Positions 20,001-25,689 of a DNA stretch of 56,521 nt are shown here, in pieces. The notes under the pieces were generated by a model, which was not told where the DNA came from, did no database searches, and was given only the letters and a program-made list of their open reading frames with translations. Within the stretch, counting starts at the first letter, position 1. The number at the start of each line of letters is the position of its first letter. The position numbers were made by a program, and so were the translations under genes. Source of the stretch: Deltaproteobacteria bacterium (lineage in GTDB: Bacteria; Desulfobacterota; Desulfobacteria; Desulfobacterales; SURF-15); assembly GCA_013349495.1 (NCBI GenBank), contig DUZK01000001.1, forward strand, positions 1 through 56,521, in the 5' to 3' direction.

Positions 20001-23000
20001 CAGCTTTATGGATAACTTTTCTGTGTGGCGGGAGAAATTGCGGTTAGAGAAAAGACGATTTGGGAAGACGCTTTCCATAAACTGGCCGTTGTGGCAAGAC
20101 GGCGGAATGAGTATTGACCATAGGGCGGAAAAACTTCTGATACATGCGGCTGGAATTCGGCTTCTTAAAACACCTGACGGATTGGAAGCATTTTTCAGGG
20201 CTTTGGCCATGAAATTCAGCCAACTGACGGTGATAGACGGTATTCGCCGAAAAGTACGAGGTTTAGTTGTCGGCGACGGCCTTCGACGTCACGAATCCGA
20301 AGATATCGCCTCCCACTCGGTCGCACGCAAGGTTGAAGGAAAGCTGCTTCAAAATCTTCGTGAAGGATTGTTAAAAATGGCATCGGAGATCCTGAAAATC
20401 GAGGAGTCGGCCATCGATTTGGATGAAGATCTTAGTGCTTACGGTTTTGAGTCCATCACCTTCACTGAATTGGCGAATTGTATCAACGAGAAGTACAAAC
20501 TTGAAATTACGCCCACACTATTTTTCGAATACCCTTCGCTCCGATCGATCTCGCAATTCCTGTGTGAAACATATCAAAACAATATCTCAGAGGACTTTAG
20601 GAATGACGCTTCATTCATTTCACGTTCTGAATCCGATGAAGATACAGTTTTCGTCGAACCGATACAGAGAAACCGATTTCAAGTCCCCCATGACTCTGTG
20701 TACAAGCATCCATTGCCGGTTAATGTCCCGATAGCGATCATAGGAATGAGCGGCGTGATGCCCCAATCCGAAAATCTTGAGATCTTCTGGCAGCATCTTT
20801 ATAGAGGAAACGATCTGATCACGGAAGTGCCCAGGCATCGCTGGGATTGGGAAGCTTGGCATGACCATACGGCGGAAGAAGATATCAAGGCCATGGCCAA
20901 ATGGGGTGGTTTTATACCGGATGTGGATAAGTTCGATCCTCTGTTTTTTGGAATTTTACCCAGAGAAGCAGAACTGATGGATCCTCAACAACGACTCTTT
21001 TTGCAAACGGTATGGAATACCATAGAGGATGCCGGATATAAAATATCGACGCTTTCAGGCACCAATACCGGCGTATTCGTCGGAGTGGCTTCAAGTGATT
21101 ATGCCGAGATAATCCGTCAAAACGTTTCTAAGGTAGACCCCTATACATCAACCGGAATGGCGCATTCTGTTTTGGCAAATCGTATTTCCTATCTGCTCAA
21201 TCTGCATGGACCGAGTGAACCGATCGATACGGCTTGTTCCAGCTCTCTGGTCGCAATTCACCGAGCAGTGGAAGCCATCCACAGTGGAAGTTGTGAAATG
21301 GCCATAGCCGGGGGGGTCAATGCCATTTTAACCCCAACGTTGAATATATCCTTTGGAAGTGCCGGCATGCTGAGTAAAGACGGCCGTTGTAAGACATTCG
21401 ATAAACATGCGGATGGTTATGTCCGAGGTGAAGGGGTGGGGGCAGTGCTGCTGAAACCCTTGAACCGCGCTCAGACTGACGGTGACCATATTTATGGAGT
21501 GATTATCGGGACAGCCGTAAATCACGGAGGCCACGCCGCTTCGCTGACCGCTCCCAATCCGAAGGCGTTAGCTCAATTACTTATTCATGCATATAAAAGA
21601 GCGAATATCAAGATGGATACCGTAAGTTACATCGAAGCCCATGGAACAGGCACTGCTCTTGGGGACCCCATAGAAATCGACGGACTCAAACGTGCTTATG
21701 CTGAGTTGTGTAATGGCGAAGGAAAATCCCCAACCGTTCCCGCGCATTGCGGTCTGGGGTCGGTAAAGACAAATATCGGTCATTTGGAAACAGCAGCAGG
21801 TATCGCGGGTGTAATTAAAGTCCTGCTGTCGATGAAGCACAGGAAGCTTCCTCCCAGCATCAATTTCAAAGAACTCAATCCGTATATCCAACTTGAAGAC
21901 AGCCCATTTTACATTGTTACGGCTGCCCGCAATTGGGAACAATTGAGAGAAGATATCGGTCGTCCGATTCCGCGCCGCGCAGGGGTGAGTTCCTTCGGGT
22001 TCGGAGGAGCCAATGCGCATATTGTTTTGGAAGAATATGAAGAACCAGAGGTCAGCGGTCAGGGGTCAAGGGTCAGGGGTGAGCCGCAACTCATTGTAAT
22101 GTCGGCTAAAAACGAAGATAGACTTTATGCCTATGTAGAAAAGATGTTGGAATACCTGGACCAGGGGATGGACGTATCAGCTCCATCGGGTAAGGATGCA
22201 CCCCGTGAAGCAGTTTTTAAAAAAGTGTTGATTCTCATCGCTGATATCTTAAGGGTGGGGGAAGAGGATATCAATCCGGAGGAGCCTTTCGAAGAATACG
22301 GATTTGATCAAATCGGATTGACGGGTTTGGCAGAAAAGATAAGCGAAAGGTATTCATTAAACATCACTTCTTCCTTATTCACGGAATATTCGTCAATCAG
22401 CAAGTTGGCACAATACCTTACCCAGCATCGAGCATCAAGTCTAGAGCATCAAGCATCCAACGCTACCGATCTTTCTCTTTCCGATCTCGCATATACCCTG
22501 CAGGTAGGTCGGGATGCCATGGAAGAGCGGCTGGCTGTTGTGGTTTCAGACCTGGAGGAGCTTAAAGAAAAGCTAAAACGATTTTCAAACGGTGAACACG
22601 ATTATGAGGATTTCATTCGCGGCAATGCGAAGGCAATCAAAAGTAAATCCGATACTCTCGATCAAGGCAGTGCCGGAAGAGAATCTGTTCCCATCTTAAT
22701 TAAAGACCGTGAGCTCGGCAAACTCGGTCAGTTATGGGTTAACGGTTTCGATATCGACTGGACATTACTGTATCCGAAACAACAGCCTCAGCGCATATCC
22801 ATTCCCACATATCCCTTTGCAAAAAAGCGGTATTGGGTTCCAGAAAGGCAAGCGACTAAGGTAAAGCCACAAGTGGTGGATGAAACGGGTGGAATGAAGC
22901 AGATTCAAAAGCCCGCTGTTCTGGTTTTTCAACCGATATGGGAAAAAACGAGAATAGAATCGGCTCAACCGATTGCCCGAAACATACTTCTATTTGACAC

Positions 23001-25683
23001 AGATGCCCGTCGTCGAAAAGCCTTTCAACTGCGGTTCAATGGGGATATCATCCTGGTTCGACCCGGACAGCAATTCACAAAGAAGGACAGTCTTACCTAT
23101 GAGGTGAATCCTACAAACCCGAAGGATTTTATCAGCTTACTTTCGACATTGGCAAACAGGAAAAGGCCCATAGTTTCTGCAATACACCTATGGGCTCTCA
23201 GTAAAACCAGAAAGGGGGGCCTCGATTCATTTTTCCAGGGGGCAACGGGGAACCATACCGCTGGGTTGACCGAGGCAGAGAGCGACCTCCGTGCCGGTGT
23301 GTATCCGATTTATTCTTTTATCAGAGCTGTTTCCGAAACCCATTTTGACTCAATCACACAACTTTTATTCCTATACTATGGTGAAGAAGAGAAGTCGAAT
23401 CCGCTTTTTGATGCGATTTCCGGATTCTCCAAATCGCTTGGCTTTGTTCTGCCGAAACTATCGATTCGGACGGTTCGAATAGCTTCAGATATCGGGAAAA
23501 GAACGGTAGCGGATATTGCTGTGCAAGAATCGAGCATTGGGGATCGGGATTTCAAGGCTGAGATCCGATATGAGCATGACGATAGATATGTAAAGGCCTT
23601 CCATCCGCTGGGTCTTATTGACAAGAAAAAGATATCGACGCTGCGGAAGGAAGGTGTGTATTTGATCACCGGCGGTGCCGGCGGATTGGGATTGATTTTC
23701 TCCCGGTATCTGGCTGAACAATACCGGGCCAGGCTGGCCCTAACCGGCCGATCGCCGTTAAAAGGGAAAAGAAAAGAGAGCATCGATGCGCTTCGGCGAT
23801 CAGGCGCCGAGGTGTTGTACCTTCAGGCCGATGTATCCAGTGAGAATGAGATGCAGCAGGTTGTCCGAGAGGTCAAGAATCATTACGGGTCGTTAAACGG
23901 TGTGATTCATGCGGCTGGAATCTCTTCTGCAAACCTCATTACACAAAAAGAAATGGCCGAATTTGAATCTACCCTGAGCCCCAAGATAAAGGGGACCCTT
24001 GTCTTGGACAAAGTTACCCGGGCTGAATCGTTGGATTTCTTTGTTTTATTTTCTTCCACTTCGGCGATTCTGGGTGATTTCGGACAGTGCGATTACGCCG
24101 TGGCCAATCGATTCATAGATGGCTATGCCCATATGAGAGAGGCGCTTAGGAGAATCCGAGACCGACAGGGACGGACCGTTGCCATCAACTGGCCATTGTG
24201 GCGGGATGGCGGACTTCATATGGATTCGGAAGCGGAAGCTTTTTATTTTCAGACATCTGGGATGTCTTATCTTGAAACAACAGAGGGACTTCAAGTTTTT
24301 GAAGACATTCTCAAATCTGATCCTACCCAGGCAATATTGATATCCGGAGACAAGACCCGCATCGAGCAATTCTTGGGGATCAAGGAAAGAGGAAAAATGC
24401 CTGATTCCAGAAACGGTGATCGGTTCATTCCGACCGTTGCGTTGAATGATGCAGATCATTCCCATTACCTGGAGACAAACACCCGCAATATTGCATCGTC
24501 CATCATAAAGGATGAAACAGGCGAAATAGAACAAAAGCTTCAAATGGAGTTATTGAGCATCGTTTCGGAAATTTCAAAAATCGACGAAAATGAAATAGAC
24601 CCGGGAACAAGTCTGACACAATACGGCTTCGCATCCATCAGCTTTACCGAGTTTGCCTTTCGGATCAATGATCAGTTCCAAGTGGAAGTTGGGTCGACCC
24701 TGTTTTTAGACTATCCTTCCATCCGCGCCCTTTCCAGTGTTCTGTTGGAGAAGCATGAAGATAAGATCAACTCATTTTTTCGGAGCCGATTAACCGATAA
24801 TTCTTATCCATCCAAATCGCTGGTACCCATCCAATCAGGCGGAACGCGTATGCCTCTCTTCTGTGTACCCGGCGCTGGCGGAAATGGTCATTATTACTAT
24901 CAGTTATCCCGGTGCTTGGGGGAAAACCAACCGTTCTTCACATTTCTATCTTTGGGATTAGACGGAAAAACCGAGCCCCATAAGAACATCCCAGAGATGG
25001 CTTCCTATTACATTGATAGTATCTTTACGATTCAGGAGAAGGGACCGTACCTTTTAGGGGGTCACTCCCTGGGAGCCAGAATCGCTTATGAAATGGCGCT
25101 TCAATTACTGAAACAAGGGCACAGAGTGGAATTGCTTGTGGTTTTTGACGAAGTCGCTCCGGTGGCCCGAGCTAAAGATGAAGAGTATATCGATGATGAT
25201 GCCTATCTGATATGCGAGGCTGCCGCAGCCCCGGAAGCATTCAACGGTATCGATCTCAAAATATCTTACGATGATATTGAAAATCTGACCTGGGAAAAAC
25301 AGATAAACTACATGAAGGAAAGGTATCAAAGTGCCGGCTTATTTCCTCTAAACGGTACATTGGGGCAATTCAGAGGAATGATGGATGTCTATAAAGCCCA
25401 AAGACGCTTGAATTATATCCAACCCCCCAAGGCCAATCCTTTTAGGATCGTTTTTTTCCGATCAGACGAATCCAATCGGGACATCTATGAGAAGCCGGAA
25501 ATTCAAGAGGATGCGTCATGGGGTTGGAGCCGGTTTTCAGCCCATCCCGTTGAAATTTTCGAGACGCCCGGAACCCATAACACCATGTTGGCCGATCCGA
25601 ATGTTCGATCCGTGGCAAAACGCTTGAAAGACGTGCTTGCAGAAGCGATAAACGAAAGCCAATCTGATGAGTACATACCGTAA
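14080..25683 (+). CDS. AT-less modular PKS, terminal subunit: N-terminal docking helix-KR-ACP-KS-DH-KR-ACP-KS-(pseudo-ACP)-KR-ACP-TE
   Basis: The ATG lies 4 nt after the stop of the upstream PKS gene. It has two KS with the full Cys-His-His set, 1 DH, 3 KR, 3 ACP and a C-terminal alpha/beta-hydrolase TE (GGHSLG). There is no AT motif. Confidence 0.95.
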   Translation: MKTEALTQNQIIDMVERRQIAPKEGLKLLKRLQVNGGRALSDSSDLFFCRPVWKEMADGFSSAMRRVSGDILVIYENEAVDKILEDRLGSDDFGQARFIFTKTGTRFEAKGPGRFTIRPDHPDDYNRLLQALNKDSGPPRTILHLLSNDPYTGEENSLKAQIGAGLYSLFFLTRALLALKPTDRVQIIYFYQEPSGRSQPQYAGCSGFARTLGLESRTVAIKTVSIPDIQKIAALSIPRILAVEDVEIRFRGDRYLVRALEESIPDDASDPIGPLKENGVYLLTGGAGGLGFVFAEHLAKQVKAKLILTGRSPLGDEKALKIEALRGLGSEVIYIQADVSRQEAAHALIAQARSRFNRINGVIHCAGIVRDNLIINKPVDDLSAVIAAKVFGTLHMDAATKDEPLDFFVLFSSVSAVTGNMGQADYAYANSFMDHFVSVREQSRRESRRTGKTISINWPLWREGGMRVDAQTEIFLAQTAGMKPLNRMSGLNAFSLCLASSHNRWMVAAGNRGQIRRALIGKPDHAGLNRPDAGVRKRDFLSALGNDVLSIASDILKIDTQDIDWNEDIGEYGFDSISFTEFANRINRQFRLDITPAVFFELPSIGAFTEFLAGNYTDQLSDYYRADSTVLTAPEPKRPAVEGGENLEPFIADRFQLPAVEPVHAGAEDRSIAVIGMSGAMPGSEDPEAFWKHLVAGDDLITEVPKDRWDWRRFELDSTVDTDQIKWGGFMPDVDKFDCLFFGISPREAELMDPQQRLFMETVWKTIEDAGYAPSSLSGTRTGLFVGVATSDYVELVRDRAAEIEAHAATGMSHCILANRISYLLDIHGPSEPIDTACSSSLVAIHRAVEAIRSGSCDAAIAGGVNVILAPSLTIAFGKAGMLSPDGRCKTFDARADGYVRGEGAGAVLLKPLSRAVADGDHIYAVIRGTAENHGGRAKSLTAPNPNAQADLLVDAYENAGVAPDSVTYIEAHGTGTRLGDPIEINGLKKAFEALCKKQGRTLSSESVCGIGSVKTNIGHLETAAGIASVIKVLLALKHRKLPASIHFRERNPYIDLTGSPFYIVSETRDWEPLKDAAGGWLPRRAGVSSFGYGGSNAHIVLEEYQEEAFSVQRSGFSVEPQLIVLSAKNEDRLKEYAERMVKFLDSTLNSEHLTLNLTDFAYTLQVGREAMEERLALVVSDVEELQAELEKYARGDSDTSKLMRGNARTLRGTSEQLVEGRAGAAFVRILMEDRELGKLGQLWNSGFDIDWTLLYPQKPPQRISLPTYPFAKERHWLPKMVESPSEMGSGFHGVNIEQRAKGFGYEGKFHPLLDANISTLKEQRFTTQFTGKEFFLADHVLAGQKTLPGVAYLEMALASGMAAAEEETRKLINIVWASPITVPDKPQNVFISLYPETADDKVGFEVTTLKEEGQRQVHAQGKLIFESRSSIVDEVIDIDSIQTRCTERVSGPVCYQAFQSSGLHYGPAFQTIQELFRSDNEALSLLVLPEELGGSFRNFCLHPSLMDGALQTVGALMSSSTIGTPHVPFALGEVIWIRPLTEKCYAHVTSAEYSVDPNLKKFDIDITNEDGQVLVRMKDLSIRALGPSEDKYETMYFSGQWESSPSNTPPATQFLYGNLLLLDTDETRQNALCEQLKTDVLLVKPGKSFRMINPNTFSIHPGNPDDYRRLMKALKKNDRLPEHIVHLWSQENFTDDAGVLNTQIERSFYSILHLSQALLEFKSRDKIQLLYIYPEPPEDPQPHYAAIAGFAKTIRLEIPRFQYKTIALPDFSHVADVVSAEFQTDEGVEIRYQDGRRQMRHLIEYKPIPDDVSPESLLRENGVYILTGGTGGLGLIFAEYIARQVKTKLVLTGRSPLNEEKSAKIQILNDLGAEAVYIQADISNLEDVKGLIAHVKSRFNDIRGIIHCAGVIRDASIAKKTPEEAASVLAPKVYGTLHLDKETGSEPLDFFVLFSSTTAVLGNAGQSDYAYANSFMDNFSVWREKLRLEKRRFGKTLSINWPLWQDGGMSIDHRAEKLLIHAAGIRLLKTPDGLEAFFRALAMKFSQLTVIDGIRRKVRGLVVGDGLRRHESEDIASHSVARKVEGKLLQNLREGLLKMASEILKIEESAIDLDEDLSAYGFESITFTELANCINEKYKLEITPTLFFEYPSLRSISQFLCETYQNNISEDFRNDASFISRSESDEDTVFVEPIQRNRFQVPHDSVYKHPLPVNVPIAIIGMSGVMPQSENLEIFWQHLYRGNDLITEVPRHRWDWEAWHDHTAEEDIKAMAKWGGFIPDVDKFDPLFFGILPREAELMDPQQRLFLQTVWNTIEDAGYKISTLSGTNTGVFVGVASSDYAEIIRQNVSKVDPYTSTGMAHSVLANRISYLLNLHGPSEPIDTACSSSLVAIHRAVEAIHSGSCEMAIAGGVNAILTPTLNISFGSAGMLSKDGRCKTFDKHADGYVRGEGVGAVLLKPLNRAQTDGDHIYGVIIGTAVNHGGHAASLTAPNPKALAQLLIHAYKRANIKMDTVSYIEAHGTGTALGDPIEIDGLKRAYAELCNGEGKSPTVPAHCGLGSVKTNIGHLETAAGIAGVIKVLLSMKHRKLPPSINFKELNPYIQLEDSPFYIVTAARNWEQLREDIGRPIPRRAGVSSFGFGGANAHIVLEEYEEPEVSGQGSRVRGEPQLIVMSAKNEDRLYAYVEKMLEYLDQGMDVSAPSGKDAPREAVFKKVLILIADILRVGEEDINPEEPFEEYGFDQIGLTGLAEKISERYSLNITSSLFTEYSSISKLAQYLTQHRASSLEHQASNATDLSLSDLAYTLQVGRDAMEERLAVVVSDLEELKEKLKRFSNGEHDYEDFIRGNAKAIKSKSDTLDQGSAGRESVPILIKDRELGKLGQLWVNGFDIDWTLLYPKQQPQRISIPTYPFAKKRYWVPERQATKVKPQVVDETGGMKQIQKPAVLVFQPIWEKTRIESAQPIARNILLFDTDARRRKAFQLRFNGDIILVRPGQQFTKKDSLTYEVNPTNPKDFISLLSTLANRKRPIVSAIHLWALSKTRKGGLDSFFQGATGNHTAGLTEAESDLRAGVYPIYSFIRAVSETHFDSITQLLFLYYGEEEKSNPLFDAISGFSKSLGFVLPKLSIRTVRIASDIGKRTVADIAVQESSIGDRDFKAEIRYEHDDRYVKAFHPLGLIDKKKISTLRKEGVYLITGGAGGLGLIFSRYLAEQYRARLALTGRSPLKGKRKESIDALRRSGAEVLYLQADVSSENEMQQVVREVKNHYGSLNGVIHAAGISSANLITQKEMAEFESTLSPKIKGTLVLDKVTRAESLDFFVLFSSTSAILGDFGQCDYAVANRFIDGYAHMREALRRIRDRQGRTVAINWPLWRDGGLHMDSEAEAFYFQTSGMSYLETTEGLQVFEDILKSDPTQAILISGDKTRIEQFLGIKERGKMPDSRNGDRFIPTVALNDADHSHYLETNTRNIASSIIKDETGEIEQKLQMELLSIVSEISKIDENEIDPGTSLTQYGFASISFTEFAFRINDQFQVEVGSTLFLDYPSIRALSSVLLEKHEDKINSFFRSRLTDNSYPSKSLVPIQSGGTRMPLFCVPGAGGNGHYYYQLSRCLGENQPFFTFLSLGLDGKTEPHKNIPEMASYYIDSIFTIQEKGPYLLGGHSLGARIAYEMALQLLKQGHRVELLVVFDEVAPVARAKDEEYIDDDAYLICEAAAAPEAFNGIDLKISYDDIENLTWEKQINYMKERYQSAGLFPLNGTLGQFRGMMDVYKAQRRLNYIQPPKANPFRIVFFRSDESNRDIYEKPEIQEDASWGWSRFSAHPVEIFETPGTHNTMLADPNVRSVAKRLKDVLAEAINESQSDEYIP
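14220..15490 (+). other. KR3 ketoreductase (B-type signature); completes the split module KS4-DH // KR-ACP
   Basis: GVYLLTGGAGGLG (about 14920-14955), HCAGIVRDN, YAYANSF, INWPLWREGG. Confidence 0.85.
15700..15930 (+). other. ACP4
   Basis: IGEYGFDSISFTEFANRI; Ser codon 15805-15807. Confidence 0.9.
16093..17397 (+). other. KS5 ketosynthase domain
   Basis: IAVIGMSGAMPGSE...DTACSSS (Cys 16591-16593)...EAHGTGTRLGDP...KTNIGHLETAAG. Confidence 0.9.
17406..17440. repeat. Post-KS5 heptanucleotide tandem repeat
   Basis: GTTCAGT GTTCAGC GTTCAGG GTTCAGC GTTGAGC; it coincides with the GC-content break. Confidence 0.9.
17521..17555. repeat. Second-linker degenerate heptanucleotide repeat, KS5 linker
   Basis: ACTTTGA ACTCAGA ACATTTA ACTCTGA ACCTAAC, just before DFAYTLQVGR. 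Confidence 0.55.
18010..18840 (+). other. DH3 dehydratase domain
   Basis: FHPLLDANIS, LADHVLAGQKTLPG, GLHYGPAF, HPSLMDGALQ. Confidence 0.85.
18860..20115 (+). other. KR4 ketoreductase domain (B-type signature)
   Basis: GVYILTGGTGGLG (about 19549-19587), HCAGVIRDA, YAYANSF, INWPLWQDGG. Confidence 0.85.
20355..20580 (+). other. ACP5
   Basis: LSAYGFESITFTELANCI; Ser codon 20452-20454 (GFES variant of GFDS). Confidence 0.85.
20730..22038 (+). other. KS6 ketosynthase domain
   Basis: IAIIGMSGVMPQSE...DTACSSS (Cys 21235-21237)...EAHGTGTALGDP...KTNIGHLETAAG. Confidence 0.9.
22050..22084. repeat. Post-KS6 heptanucleotide tandem repeat
   Basis: GGTCAGC GGTCAGG GGTCAAG GGTCAGG GGTGAGC. Confidence 0.9.
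22210..22424 (+). other. Second carrier-protein-like insert (pseudo-ACP) in the KS6 flanking linker, Ser replaced by Gln
   Basis: AVFKKVLILIADILRVGEEDINPEEPFEEYGFDQIGLTGLAEKISERYSLNITSSLFTEYSSISKLAQYL sits at the same insertion point as in the KS1 linker. The Ser position is Gln (caa 22309-22311). Confidence 0.7.
22425..22459. repeat. Second-linker heptanucleotide repeat, KS6 linker
   Basis: GCATCGA GCATCAA GTCTAGA GCATCAA GCATCCA, after the pseudo-ACP and before LSDLAYTLQVGR. Confidence 0.8.
22920..24225 (+). other. KR5 ketoreductase domain (A-type-like)
   Basis: GVYLITGGAGGLG (about 23651-23689), HAAGISSANL (no Asp), YAVANRF, INWPLWRDGG. Confidence 0.85.
24540..24765 (+). other. ACP6
   Basis: LTQYGFASISFTEFAFRI; Ser codon 24634-24636. 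Confidence 0.85.
24820..25680 (+). other. TE chain-release thioesterase domain
   Basis: MPLFCVPGAGGNGHYY, GGHSLGARIAYE (Ser codon 25066-25068), ETPGTHNTML (catalytic His). Confidence 0.9.
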
Positions 25684-25689
25684 CCCTTT

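Noticed and set aside
1493-22459. The heptamer arrays or the 38-nt duplication as CRISPR-like or satellite arrays
   Set aside because: The units are 7 nt (or 2 x 38 nt) with no spacers. They are fully inside a continuous ORF and there are no cas genes, so these are coding-region microsatellites and not CRISPR.
3-25683. A cis-acyltransferase, enoylreductase or methyltransferase domain hidden in the PKS genes
   Set aside because: I scanned the translations for GHSxG/AFHS, ER-type and LExGxGxG motifs. The only GHSxG is the TE (GGHSLG), apart from a linker 'GRGHSAE' inside a repeat tract. All GxGxxG hits are KR Rossmann folds.
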